From the NCBI RefSeq assembly GCF_001194135.2, contig NC_069003.1, positions 33,383,853 through 33,447,852 on the forward strand: a stretch of DNA of 64,000 nt, in the 5' to 3' direction. The stretch's first letter is position 1; each line of letters opens with the position of its first letter. The DNA comes from Octopus bimaculoides. Taxonomy: Eukaryota. The translations under genes and the position numbers were made by a program. Shown piece by piece: positions 27,051 through 37,344 of this stretch. The notes under the pieces were generated by a model that saw only the letters and a program-made list of their open reading frames with translations, was not told where the DNA came from and searched no databases.

Positions 27051-27947
27051 GCTCTTGTGTTTGTAGCAGGTGAGGGCTTCAGTTGTGTCACCGATAACTG
27101 AAGAGACAGGGGGAGATAACAATTGTTTCCTTAGTATGTATAGTGATTGTATGTCTGTGTGGTTGAAGGAGATTAAGTTGTTATATCATCACTGAAGAAA
27201 GTTTCTGAAATCCGTTTATGAAAGCAGGACAAGGTGTCAGATGTCACACGAGGATTATATGTCTGTTTGTCTAGACGGTTAAGGAAGAGTGACAGTCTGC
27301 AATGTGTTGTTGCTAGCAGTAACAAGTTGATAGTGAAGTGAGACTCCAAACCATAAAATTGATCACCGAAACAATTGATAAGAAAATATACAAATTTATA
27401 AAACAGGGTCAATTACTGAAACAGGGAACATTAACTGGCACTCTGTCGGTTATTCCTTTAAGAGTGCTCCAGTTGATCCAATCAACGGAACAACCTCATC
27501 ATCATCATCATTTAATGTCCGTTTTCCATGCTGGCATGGGTTGGGCAGTTTGACTTAGGTTTGGAAGGCCAGCAGTTGCACCAGGCTCCAATCTGATCTG
27601 GTGCAGCCGCTGACTCTCCAGAGCTCTGACAAACCATCCAACCCATGCCAGCATGGAAAACGGACATCAAACGACGATGATAAAGTAGGTGAGCACTCCA
27701 CAGACACGCATAACCTTAACATAGTTCTCGGGGAGATTCAGCATGGCACACAGGATGGACAATAAAGCGCTAGGAATTTTGGTATGAAGCCCTCACCTTC
27801 TAACCAAAGTCTCAGCCACCACCACAGTCTTACCTCGATGATAATACCTTAAAAAAAAAAAAACAATTTACCTTCAAAATTGGAAGCCTCCACTCCATTC
27901 TTAGCACTCTGTAAGACTGCACGGATATTTATTTTTAGTTTATCCAT
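1..27947 (-). CDS. TDRD7: TDRD7/tapas-like LOTUS-dsRBD-Tudor protein, whole spliced CDS span (23 exons called; 3' end beyond left edge)
   Basis: Chain of GT-AG exons with consistent phases from ATG 27947 to position 1. Translation gives eLOTUS (MDKLKINIRAVLQSAKNGV...YRSLT...IPDTV), dsRBD-like, a second LOTUS (NGLWLKNLGETYEKQFG) and two extended Tudor domains (WYRA/DYGN; PLMLP...VIIRIVGENYS...QAIPCVLAGL, similar to the TDRD7 region I recall). Confidence 0.88.
136..310 (+). mobile_element. tRNA-derived SINE family A (ggctgtgtggtaagaagcttgcttccc...); copies at about 1625-1765, 2395-2535(-), 26845-27000(-), 39140-39270(-), 39310-39475
   Basis: Multi-copy; A-box-like tggtaa and B-box-like ggttca; ends in simple repeats. 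Confidence 0.75.
778..890 (-). CDS. TDRD7: TDRD7-like exon 22 (AIPCVLAGLEQYSCNIGAIDKLMEMALGKTCVAEAVT)
   Basis: (t)n-gcag acceptor, AA|gtaaat donor; QA..C.LAGL motif. Confidence 0.9.
1382..1477 (-). CDS. TDRD7: TDRD7-like exon 21 (VECLFLDHGDSDRLVLNQLRLLDSNLNYLPYQ)
   Basis: cctcttag acceptor, CAG|gtgaga donor; FLDHG...LPYQ Tudor motif. Confidence 0.9.
2760..2909 (-). CDS. TDRD7: TDRD7-like exon 20, Tudor B (DKLEKLEKEIE...GDICAAEVEGFYHRVKVLQMKESRRT)
   Basis: ctctag acceptor, gtaagt donor, 50 codons. Confidence 0.9.
4087..4187 (-). CDS. TDRD7: TDRD7-like exon 19 (PLMLPADRFWDVYVCFLSSTTDVIIRIVGENYS)
   Basis: ttttgcag acceptor, gtgagt donor, phase 1 to 0; resembles the TDRD7 PLMIP...VVIRYVGKDYS segment. 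Confidence 0.9.
4200..5480 (+). pseudogene. Degenerate non-LTR LINE reverse-transcriptase remnant (CR1/L2-like), interrupted by a MITE
   Basis: Broken frames including MEYSTHIWTAAA (about 5067-5105), like the MEY..H.W motif of the LINE RT C-terminal region. Confidence 0.45.
4604..4808. mobile_element. piggyBac-type MITE (TTAA|CCC...AGGG|TTAA)
   Basis: TTAA at both ends; same internal sequence as the 9468-9697 copy. Confidence 0.65.
7340..8300 (+). pseudogene. Helitron Rep/helicase N-terminal remnant interrupted by a piggyBac-type MITE (7659-7870)
   Basis: Frame after the MITE reads GNVCSYGKAY..PAE.KSPC...KIKL..L..LP...and SLENIHSYNNVLAWASL, resembling the Helitron C..C...E...CC..GK.L...NIR.YN..LAFAS pattern; contains stops. 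Confidence 0.55.
8921..8950 (-). CDS. TDRD7: Possible TDRD7-like 30-nt exon 18 (AAMSYNQQFP)
   Basis: ttctag acceptor after pyrimidine tract, CAG|gtatcc donor, phase 1 to 1; too short to verify by homology. Confidence 0.4.
9468..9697. mobile_element. piggyBac-type MITE
   Basis: ttaa|ccctttagcattt ... gaatgctaaaagg|ttaa; further copies about 24757-24936 and 40901-41111. Confidence 0.75.
11125..11220 (-). CDS. TDRD7: TDRD7-like exon 17, Pro/Ser linker (NGVCSPTSPPPSPSPPTLCVDSVRDEKFAGG)
   Basis: tgtttccag acceptor, G|gtatgg donor, symmetric phase 1 to 1. Confidence 0.6.
12170..12570 (+). pseudogene. Mariner transposase N-terminal remnant with internal tandem duplication
   Basis: KYLLKKGLAPKFIHADTVATLGNDAPALSTLQKQAAEFKRGRESLEDDP; segment about 12262-12420 repeated at about 12428-12560. 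Confidence 0.8.
12857..12991 (-). CDS. TDRD7: TDRD7-like exon 16 (NKVCHVLLINPESSSKLSINDILVNSKLAYLSQTPEADSEENEP)
   Basis: ttctttag acceptor, G|gtaaat donor; SIN..LV...LA end of extended Tudor. Confidence 0.88.
13435..13516 (-). CDS. TDRD7: TDRD7-like exon 15 (EERDFEASKQEFGALAQDQLQARTVLI)
   Basis: ctcatcag acceptor, G|gtaaat donor, phase 0 to 1. Confidence 0.85.
13935..14075 (-). CDS. TDRD7: TDRD7-like exon 14, Tudor A (GEVEVYYVDYGNTERV...PAQAILCALFQLIPPQ)
   Basis: ctttacag acceptor, CAG|gtagga donor; VDYGN and PAQA..C.L motifs. Confidence 0.92.
14416..14526 (-). CDS. TDRD7: TDRD7-like exon 13, Tudor A core (GGFCVAQYSDNDAWYRASILDIDEEK)
   Basis: tttccag acceptor, AAG|gt donor; canonical Tudor C.A.Y....WYRA.I. 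Confidence 0.92.
15328..15439 (-). CDS. TDRD7: TDRD7-like exon 12, Tudor A N-extension (SVLNVYVSFIYSAAQFYVHFESSCIQEIDTELNLHCQ)
   Basis: ttccag acceptor, CAG|gtaagt donor; V.V...S...FYV pattern. Confidence 0.88.
16556..16593 (-). CDS. TDRD7: TDRD7-like exon 11 (EVEIKNAELLPV)
   Basis: Long polypyrimidine tract plus ttaag acceptor, GG|gtaagt donor, phase 0 to 2. Confidence 0.78.
17209..17275 (-). CDS. TDRD7: TDRD7-like exon 10 (ACATQMEIVYPVKQSLVSFTGK)
   Basis: ttaacag acceptor, AAG|gtaggc donor, phase 2 to 0. Confidence 0.75.
18529..18656 (-). CDS. TDRD7: TDRD7-like exon 9, second LOTUS (IVVQNGLWLKNLGETYEKQFGETAPDNLQDLVRSWVDMFKIE)
   Basis: tctag acceptor, CA|gtaagt donor, phase 0 to 2; GLW...Y...F LOTUS pattern. 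Confidence 0.88.
19780..19838 (-). CDS. TDRD7: TDRD7-like exon 8 (KMDDPVGIDEHELKKRVQQ)
   Basis: atttccag acceptor, CAG|gtaggt donor, phase 1 to 0. Confidence 0.82.
20323..20397 (-). CDS. TDRD7: TDRD7-like exon 7, dsRBD-like C-helix (RFPSEQEAQYSAAKNACISLGLDP)
   Basis: cttctttcag acceptor, gtaagt donor, phase 1 to 1; A...AA..A..L helix typical of dsRBD. Confidence 0.85.
20658..20850 (+). mobile_element. RTE-clade LINE 3' fragment
   Basis: EDSCVKKCHTLTVEGTRGRGRPRKTWAEVVRQDLRTLGLTEAM. Confidence 0.8.
21242..21436 (+). mobile_element. High-copy SINE-like family C ending in (gat)n; over 15 copies in the window
   Basis: gagtggttggcgttaggaagggcatccagctgtagaaac...ccaacccatgctagcatggaaagcggacgttaaacgatgatgat; about 100 bp nearly identical at 39005-39110. 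Confidence 0.75.
21780..22060 (-). mobile_element. Degenerate RTE LINE 3' fragment
   Basis: MMGVETVMDVVKRNGIRGSCHVLRKD resembles RTE ...RLRW.GHVLR region. Confidence 0.55.
22528..22680 (-). CDS. TDRD7: TDRD7-like exon 6, dsRBD-like N-part (LVEFVSKNSLSFAIQSLPVENGFTASIQIKNEVYESS)
   Basis: atttccag acceptor, G|gttagt donor, phase 1 to 1. Confidence 0.82.
23179..23500 (-). mobile_element. Degenerate RTE LINE 3' fragment
   Basis: RPKTRCLDDIHNL...VASDRALWR matches GRP..RW.D...DR..WR; similar remnant at about 50950-51180 (-). Confidence 0.6.
23807..23879 (-). CDS. TDRD7: TDRD7-like exon 5 (QVPYGSMNTFPLAPRFQKQKNNTP)
   Basis: NAGNAG acceptor (aatcag/cag), G|gttagt donor, phase 0 to 1; PRF motif. 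Confidence 0.78.
24427..24734. mobile_element. hAT (Charlie-like) MITE
   Basis: Ends cagtggttctc / aagaaccagtg with a perfect 8-bp TSD gtttaaaa on both sides. Confidence 0.8.
24972..25256 (-). CDS. TDRD7: TDRD7-like exon 4 (95 aa linker, PNRRRPLF...DISSNE)
   Basis: ctattttag acceptor, GAG|gtactt donor, open 285-nt frame, phase 0 to 0. Confidence 0.8.
26022..26130 (-). CDS. TDRD7: TDRD7-like exon 3 (YRGTKIYRAVCTDSTYHLQKLINRQKSVSARKSKPV), eLOTUS C-terminal helix
   Basis: ttttccag acceptor, gtatgt donor, phase 2 to 0. Confidence 0.88.
26423..26528 (-). CDS. TDRD7: TDRD7-like exon 2 (DHYRSLTKENIQYAQYGYKSLDELMANIPDTVYLA), LOTUS1 core
   Basis: tatttag acceptor, AA|gtaagt donor, phase 1 to 2; LOTUS Y..L...I....G...L..l...IPD pattern. 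Confidence 0.9.
27872..27947 (-). CDS. TDRD7: TDRD7-like coding exon 1 (MDKLKINIRAVLQSAKNGVEASNFE), LOTUS1 start
   Basis: Polypyrimidine/ttttcag acceptor 6 nt before ATG (exon starts 27953); G|gtaaat donor, phase 1. Confidence 0.88.
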
Positions 27948-29576
27948 TTTGGACTGAAAACAAGAACAGAAAAAAACAAAACCAAATTATATCAATCAAA
28001 TTGGGAGGAAGCAGGTATATTAATTAAAATGCATTAATTGTAAAGTTTATGAGAGTTAGTTCCAATCTTTGGTAATGTCAGATATGTGAACTCCAGTTAC
28101 ATAGCTTAAAACTACAAGATCACACCATTTCCTCTGATCCAAAATGAACAGGCCTTGCCTTTATAGCAGAAAAGATTATTAGGCCAGTGTTTGAAGCATA
28201 AACTAACATGAAATTTTGATGGAAGGTTTAAATCAAGTCACTTAGAAACAGGAAGATTGTATCATAGAACAACAGGAAGCTTCAGTTGGGTTGGGACCAA
28301 AAGGGTTTTAAAAAAATAGACAGTGTATAAAAGGGGACAGACACTGTAATAACAAGGGACCCTCAATGAGGTCACTCAAGCTGCCAGAAATAGCACCCTA
28401 GATTTCCCTCAAATCCTCTTCCCCCTCTCCATTACAGGCATGGTTGTGTGGTACGAAGTTTGCTTCCAAACCACATGGTCCCAGGTTCAGTCCCACTTAG
28501 TGGTTTGGCAAAAAAAGATTGACAGAATAAGTACCAGGCTTCAAAAAGTAAAAATAAAAAATAAAAAGTACTGAGGTCGATTCATTTAACTAAAAATTCT
28601 ACAAGGTGGTGCTCCAGCATGACCGCAAAAGATAAGATATTCAATTCTGTAGTCTTGAGTGGGGAAAAATCTCATGGAGGTTCTTGCTAGAATGTTCATG
28701 GCTGACTAAAGCAGGATGATTCTTGCTAAATTATTTAAGGGCCACCATAGGACCAAAACAAACAAAAACAAAAATATTCCAGGCATTTTTACTCAGAAAT
28801 CAGTAATAATAGTATTTGATGGAGTCAGGTGGGAATATCAGCTTACCTGCCTACCTATAGAGTTATTCATGTCAACGAAGAGAGCTTTTTTTTTTTTTTA
28901 TGAATCAAATACAAACTGAAGTACCATAGAGGAAACCAATAGGAAAAAAAAATAACAACCATTGCCACCACCATCACTCACTCCTCCTCCTCCTCCTCCA
29001 CCACCACCTTCCTTGCTGACTTCTCTTCTCTCTCCACATACAATCCTTTAGTTTTCCACCCTCACCTCCCACCACAATCTATTTTCCTTTCTCTTCCTAT
29101 TCCTCATTCATTCTTTCTATATTTCTCTTCATTCCAGCCACCACCAATTCTTCCTCCTCCTCCCTCTCTTTTCTTCCCAATCAACCATTCCTTATCTTTC
29201 CTTGCTCACACTAACTTCCTTTTCTCTTTCTCTCTCTCTGTGTCTGTCTGTCTGTCTGGCTTCACCTCTCTCTTTGCTTTCTAGCTGTGTGTGTTTGTAT
29301 GTGTTAATTCTCACCTACCACACAACACAGGTGAGTTAAATTGAGCATAGTGATTTTCTCCTATATCACTCACTCTCTTTCTCTCTCTCTCGCACACACA
29401 GAGTCGAAGGGCTATTTGGCTATTTTCCTATCATTAACAGAGCCCACTCACCCTCACCCTAACATCACCCACTTCACTAACCTCACAGTGACCTCTCTAA
29501 GGTCAGTACATATTGTTCAGCCAACAGCTACAAATAGTAGACAGTTTAAGAAGGAAGATTTTGGCTATGACACACA

Positions 29577-29897
29577 GTAGGTCAAATGTTGTTGTTGTTG
29601 TTGAGTAACACTCCACTTGAGTGTGGCAGAGTAGGTCAAATATTGTTGTTGAGTAAAGCTACTTGAGTGTGGCAGAGCAGATCAAATCTTGTTGAGTAAC
29701 ACTACTTGAGTATGATAAAAGGTCAAATATTGTTGTTATTGAGTTATATCACACCTGAGTGAGGCAGAGTAGATCAAATGTTACTGTTGAGTAACACTCT
29801 TCTTGAGTGTGGCAGGATAGGCCAAAATTGTTGTTGAGTAACACTGAGTGACAGAGTAGGCCAAATACTGTTGTATAATACTCCACTCCAGTGTAGC
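29577..29897. repeat. Degenerate minisatellite, about 7 units of about 40-50 bp
   Basis: Repeated gtaggtcaaat(gtt)n-gagtaacac...ttgagtgtggcaga. Confidence 0.85.
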
Positions 29898-29899
29898 TG

Positions 29900-30340
29900 C
29901 ATGCACATTTGCAATGTTTTTCCCAGTTCTGCTGGTTGTGGATCTCCCAGAATATTCATCACTATCGACATTTTTTCAATCATCTTGGAAATGTCTGAAC
30001 CACTCGTCCACCTGTGTGCGGCTCATATACTCCTTTCCATACTCTTTCTGCAACTTTGCGTCAGCCTCTGAGCAGGTATATCGCCATGACAACTTTCTCT
30101 ATCATTGCCAATGCGTCGATCACACGCTACACATCTTCCGTCCAAGCACTGCTATAAACAGCGGAATTAAGCTAGAATAATTAAAACATAGCGCGCATGC
30201 ACAGCAGAGTCCAAGGTCAATCTGTGCTAAACAGCTTCACTCAGCATGCTTTAGCTTCGTTACTATGGCAACAATCCGGATACTTATTGATCAGACCTTG
30301 TATACTTATTAATGATACAAACTGACGTGTTGTTGATTCA
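29900..30340 (-). pseudogene. Mariner transposase N-terminal remnant
   Basis: KLQKEYGKEYMSRTQVDEWFRHFQDD*KNVDSDEYSGRSTTSRT matches mariner HTH/linker; has a stop. Confidence 0.75.
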
Positions 30341-30408
30341 ATCGACAATATGTAACCTAACAACCCATTTGTGGTATTGTACCTGGACAGAGGAAACCAT
30401 TAATAGTA

Positions 30409-30458
<50 letters not shown>

Positions 30459-31669
30459 AGGGTGATGTGTTCAGTTAGATGAAACTCGTTAATTACCTAT
30501 CTCTTCTCGTAAAAGGGCTTATTTCACCAAAGTTTTTTATTTTGCCTGAAAGGAGGTGTTTCCAGAGAGGATTACCAGTCAAGTACAGAGTACAGACACT
30601 GGAGGAAACGGTGTTAATAGACAAAGCGAGAGTGGAATGAACAAAAAAAAAACAAATACATGGACGGTACAATCAATACAGAATAATATAAACATGCACA
30701 AACACATATACATATGAGAGAGAGAAATACTGTATAAAATATAGGACACACAGACACACACATTCTTTTTTATTCTTTTCTTTTCTTTGTTTCAGTATTT
30801 AAAGATTGTAATGCCAGCCCCAAATCTGGGATAATTGGCACTCTGTTGGTTAAAACAGACAAGGGTTCCAGTTGATCCAATTAAAGGAACAGCTTGTTTG
30901 TGAAATTAACATGCAAGTGGTTGAGCACTCCACAGACATGTGTACCCTTAATGTAATTCTCAGGGAGATTCAGTGTGACAAGGCTGGTCCTTTGAATTAC
31001 AGGTAGAACTCATTTTTGCCAGCCAAGTGGACTGGAGCAATGTGAAATGAAGTGTCTTGCTGAAGAGACAAAACACACTGCCAGGAATGGAACTCACAGT
31101 TTGGAAGGAGAGAGAAGAGGAGTAGCAAGATATGGATAGTGGAGGTAGGGGCAAGGAACATTTCATATGCACAGGTCAAGTGATTTCCATTCAATTGCAG
31201 GCATTGTACTTTACAGTAAGAGATGATGAGAAGGGAAGAAAAGTAAATAGCAAATGGGGATGTACATTACTCCACCATTTAATGAGAACTTCACTAAACT
31301 TACAGGTAAGGTCTCCTGCAGCACCTGTATTTTCAGTCAACACAGCCCTCTGTCGACTCCTTCATCAGATGTAACATCTCAGTCTCATCATTCACCATCT
31401 TGTCTTACATATTTCTCAGTTTCCCTCTTTTGCAGGTACCATCTATTTTGAGCACCAGGCACTTGCTTATGTAGCAGTCATCCTCCTGCAACATATGTCC
31501 CTACCACCACAGCCTCCGCTCTTACACAACACATTCAACTCCCCAGTTTCTCTTGCAAATGCATTCATCCAGCAAAGAATGCTTGCCTCATTTCTTTCTA
31601 GTTTCCAACAGGTTTAATGCATACAAATCTAGGAGGAGGGGGATGATGATGATGATGATGATGAGCCAC

Positions 31670-32200
31670 TGACAACAACTGGGAGCTTGTAAGGGACATC
31701 CTGTAGTGAGCCACAGACCAAAAATCTGTAGGCAGCATGGCACCAGCTAGACAGATGGTGGAAGGGTATAAGTAGAGCCATAAAAGGCAAAAGACAGGCC
31801 TGGAAAAAAGTGGATGAAAGGGAAGTGAAAGGTTTGCCAATGTTCAGTGATAAGAGAATCAGAAATGTGAGGTTGTCTGGCGATACATGAAGGCATTTCA
31901 GGATGTGGATATGGAATGATAGCAGTGCATTGCCCTGATTTCCAATGATGAGTGATGAGAATGTATATGAGAGAGGTGGGGGGGGGGAGAGTTTAGGCAA
32001 AGTAGACTGACTAAAGAGGGGGAGTTGCCACTGAAGTTGATAGCTGTGCAGGTCAAATACTTTTTTAAGGCTATGAAAGACAAGGGAAGTGGTTGGACTC
32101 TCAGCCAAACGCTAAGCACTTGCACAGTGAATGGGGTTGGGTAAGGAGGTGCTCTATTCCAATGACTGGTGTAGCAGTATCATCATCATCATCACCATCA
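31670..32200 (+). mobile_element. Degenerate RTE LINE internal fragment
   Basis: RAIKGKRQAWKK...RFANV...CEVVW pattern in broken frames. Confidence 0.5.
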
Positions 32201-32379
32201 TTTAGTACAAGTGCAAAGGGGGTGTAGTAGAAGGCAGCAACTGCAGAGATATCAAACGGATGGGCCAAGTTATGTAACAGAGTTTATTGTTCAACTGATT
32301 AGGAAGAGAGTTTAGATAAGATACAGGCTCTTGTGCTAAGATGGAGCACCACTAACGCTCCCTCCCCCCACTGAAACTA

Positions 32380-32912
32380 CAGCCACTATAGATGTACCTG
32401 TAGATTATCCGGCATCGTTGGGACCTGGAGAGTGCTAGATTAGTGATTTTGCCAGATTATTGATTATCAATTGTTTCTTTGACTTAGTAAAGAAACGGAG
32501 TAACTGGTCTTTCTGTTGCTTTTTTTTTTTGTCGTAAACCATTGAAGATCCAATATTGTATAATTCACAAAATCTTTTCACAGACAAACCACTGTCAAGT
32601 TTTTTCAACAGTTCAACTTTTTCTTTTATAGACAATTTATGGAGTTTACACTTTACGCTATGAGAAGCACTTCCTTAATGCACTGGAAGAATGATTGGGG
32701 CTAAAAGTGGAAAAGATATAATAATAAATGAAAAAGAAAAAAAAACACTGGAAAGGCCTGCCTTTGTTTACAAATAATGCAAGCATGTTTATGCAGCAAG
32801 CAGTGTCAACAAATTGTAGCAGCTAGTTCGTACAGCAACCCGGGAAATTTGAAATTTTTCTAGCCAAAATTAGTGCGGGATCACAGGTTGCTGGATTAGT
32901 GGCAGTCTACTG
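32380..32912 (-). mobile_element. pogo/Tigger-derived element with CENP-B-type HTH remnant
   Basis: MSIKEKVELLKKLDSGLSVKRFCELYNIGSSMVYD; right end ggattagtggcagtctactg|ta is Tigger-like. Confidence 0.75.
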
Positions 32913-35900
32913 TATCAAAAAAAAAAAAAAATCCCTAGATTGCTTCTGTTACATCTGCTGGCAATAAAGACATCCTCTCTCCAAAAAGAAGGACCAATTA
33001 TATGAGGTTTATGAGGTTCATGCACAAAGTGCAATGTTACATAGTAGCAAAACATGGCACTGAATGTAGCAGTTGTGTGACAATTGGAAAGAAATGAAGC
33101 AAGACTGCTCGAGAGCAGTGGCTCTCAACCAGGGTCCGTATGCCCCACCCCCCTCACCCATCACTGTCTTTTCTACATTTTGAACTGTGGGTGTCTGAGT
33201 TTGTCCTTCACCACTGATTGACAACCCTGGTATGTTTATATTTCTGTAACTTAGCAGTTCAGCAAGAGGCCAATAAAAAGTAATAAGTACGAGGGGGGGG
33301 AGCATTCATTCAACGAAAGGTTCTCCAAGGCAGTGCCCCAGCATGGCCAATCTAATGAATGAAACAAGGTGTGTGTTTGTGTGTGTGTACACATATTCAC
33401 ATACACACCTACATATATTCACATACACACACTTACACAATCACACATACACCTACACATAATCACACACACATCTAGACAAACATATACACACACACCT
33501 ATACATACACACAGATACCCATCTATACATTCATATACACACACCTTTACATACATTCACATACATCTATACCAACATATACACACACATCTATACCTAC
33601 ATATACACACACATCTATACCTACATATACACACACATCTATACATATACACACTCATCTATACATACATATATACACAAACATCTATACATACATACAC
33701 ACACACATACATTCAGGGGTTTATATTCTGAATGTGTAGAGTGAACACCGCATTCCCACCTGAGATGGTAAATTTCTCCCTATAATTATTATTCCGGATT
33801 AATTGAGGATATAGTTGTATTATGTACACAAATAGGTTAAACTTTCTATTTATGGCAAAGTGTTGTAGCTTAAGGCTGGTGTCACATTTTGCGATGGCAA
33901 CCAGCAGCAGCAGCAGAAACCATAACTTGTAAATATCCCATACTTTTTTAATGTCATTTTCACGTTTAAATGCATAGGCACATTCAGGTCCATTTTCACA
34001 TGTTTAAATGCATAGACACAATGCCATAGCACCAACAACTTGTTGAACTGTTGTGCACTCTTAGCAATTAAATAAAACTGTACTGTCTAGGTTCATCTGT
34101 CAATCTACTATGTGTGTTGGTGTGCGTGTGTCAGCATTTAACGTCCATTTTCCTTGCCAGTATGGGTTGCATGGTGACAGCTGCTAGCAAGGCCAGAAGC
34201 CACACCAGGTTTCCAGCAAGGAAAAGTGGACGTTTACAGATAATGTGTATGTGACACATATACACACACACACACACATATATATATAAGGGTGTGCTGA
34301 AAAGTTCCTGGCTTTAAGGGTATTGTGAAAGTCCCAGTTGGAGGCCTTAGTTCTTTTACAGGGCTTAGAAAAACTGAAGGACTGCTGCTGCAATAAGTGT
34401 GTGAATCTGAAAGAAGGAATATGTTGAATAAAATCATAATTAACTGAACCTCCTTTATTTTCTTTCACCCAAAGACTATCAGATGTCCCTATACACGTTT
34501 CCATTCGTATCTTCATTATATTCGTCCCTTAAATTTGGCCCTGAATTAAAAATTTTTTTTTTTTTTTATTAATTATATCGTCTTCCTTGTCTAGGAAGCC
34601 TTACAAATTGTCCCTTCCAATCTCTAAGATATCACTCAACAACCGCTCGGGTCTATTTGTTGTTTATGAGCCTTGCAACATACCCGACCCAGCTATACTT
34701 TGTGCTATTATAGGTCATTCAATCAATGAACACATCGTTCACTCCACTCTGCTTTCGAATTAACTCGTTGTTCGATCCGATCTCACACTGACGTTCCTAC
34801 CATTGGTCTTTTCATGTTATAACCGGATGTTTTTCTTCCTCGCTTGTGTAAGACAACAAATAGGACGGCGCTATTTAAGAAATTAGTACAAAGGATCGTG
34901 ATGAGCTGGGTTTAATTGAGGCAAACTGTGCATGGCCTTTCTGGGCCAAACGCTCATGTGCTGTTGTTTAACCCGAGGCCATCCTTTGCGAAGAACAATG
35001 ATCAAAAGTACTCAATATCATCATTTTGTGAATATTATCTATTGAATGTACAGCTTTTTTTTTTCTTCTTCCTTCAAGGAAGTAGAGTGACTTGGGGGAG
35101 ATTTGGTTGTTATATCTAGCATTAGCTCAAGTGTTTGTCTTGTGTACAGTGTGGTGTGTAAATACAACCAATTCATGTATGGTTCATGCTGCAGCAGTTT
35201 ACAGCCACAAGGTTCTAATTTAACTATCCAAATGTTCCGACCACTTAAATTACTACATTCAAAGATGTCACACACAGAGACACGAAATTAGTAAAATAAG
35301 TAAAAAACAAAACCAAAAATACACGTTGTGACTAAATTGAGATGTGTATGTATGTATGTACATATATATATATATACCCACACACACCTTATATGTAGTA
35401 TGTAACTAACCAGTGCACGCAAAATACTTGTTTAAAAGGAAACACTATATACAAGACATCGCATGTGTGTGACACGCACAATAATTCGACCAAAACATTA
35501 TAGAAAACATGTTACAAAATGTTATCGATTTTTAAATTACGAACAAGGCCACAAATTTAGGGGAGGTGTACAGTGGAAATCGACCTCCGTACTCTATGAC
35601 TGGTGTAAATGGACAGCGAATAAAAATACAACGCCATCAAGTGTGTGTGTCGCTCTTGAGTCCATCCACAGATTAGAGTCAGAGAACGGAAGACATGGTA
35701 CCACACAGAGACTTGCTTCGAGGAGAAATGCGATAGACGCAAACATTTATCTCGGAGGCGATGAACACATACACACGGTTTCGAACAGGAGACCAAATAT
35801 ATAAAATACTTGTTTAGAAGACCCATTCAGAGACATATTTGTTTTGTAGAGAAACTACAAAGGCATACAGTTGTTATGAAGCAAAATGACACGGACAAAA

Positions 35901-37344
35901 TAATTCTGTAGAAGATAAACGACATATATCAAACATGCACTTGTTTAGAAGACGAAATAGACACGCAGATATATTTCATTAGGAGAGAGCTGGAAAGACG
36001 TACATTTGTTATGAAGCGAAACCACATAGACACACACAAACATTTCTTTAGAAGAGAAATCACAGACATACATACACGTAGATACAAACAAAATATTTTA
36101 AGTCGCAAAGAATTCCAACATCGTATTACGTTTACAAATGACATTAAATATACGTATAGAGACACACGTACATACACGTACGTATATATATATATATATA
36201 TATATCGATACACAGACGTGTACACACATATATAGGTATGTGTATGTTGCGTGTGTGTTATTTACCGTGCAAAGCTGGTTGAATGCTGAGTTCTCTGGCG
36301 GTGGTAAATCGCTATATGCCAACCATTGATCACTTTCTGTTCAGGAAGCTTCAAAGAATTGTAAATAACACTAGAGAGCTCGTGCAAGGGAGATAACTCG
36401 AGATCCATGTCCTCTAAATATACGCATTTTACTTTAATCACGCGATTACATTCGTATCTACTTATGTGTATATATATATATATACACACATACATCCTGA
36501 GACAAACGTAGATATAAATATATATATATGTGTGTATATGTCAACTGTTGTCGCCCATCCCATTTTGAAATGACAATAAGTCTTTCTGTCTCTTTTCCTT
36601 CCTCTTTCAATAATTATCTCTTCCCTCTAGCTGGTTAAACACTGGAATTAAAAAAATATGCTTTGTTTAAAAATATTCAAAATATGTCAGCAGTATACAT
36701 AAACATTTGCGTCAGTATGGCTATTGATGCCTCTCGTTTGCAAATGTTTTCGTATTACGGCGACGAAAAGGAAAAAGACCGTTTTCACGTTAATTGAGCT
36801 TAACTGCGCAATTAATGGAATATATATATAGAGAGAAATTTATGTATGTTTATATATATATAGAGAGAGAGAGACTGTACAGGTTTGAAAATGTGTCGTC
36901 AACTGGTATACGGCTTTTGAGAGTAACAGGTGATAGATATTAACATCCCAATTCAGTCATCCTTTCAGTTTCCCAATGACAAGAGGCAGGATTGAAACTT
37001 GGAATGCACTGAGCCAGAACAAATACCATCTCATTTAACCAGACCAAATATACTCTACAAGGCATCACTGGTTCACCAGTTCAACTAATCTACCACTTTG
37101 GAATGGTAAACTAAAACTAAACTTTATGGCTCAACCTTGAAGAAATGAAAGACAAAGTTCATTCAGTAACAGTTGAACTCAGGGCTCAAACGGCCAGAAT
37201 AGTATAATAAGGCAGCAGTTCCTAGCATTTTTTGCACCACAGATTGGTTTCATGCAAGAGAATTATTCCACAGACTGGGGAAGCTCACACATTGCAAAAC
37301 ACAATGAAGTACAAAATATTTAATTTAATTTTTACATATATAAT

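Noticed and set aside
29577-29897. Repeat array superficially like CRISPR
   Set aside because: Eukaryotic intronic/intergenic context, degenerate units, no unique spacers, no cas genes
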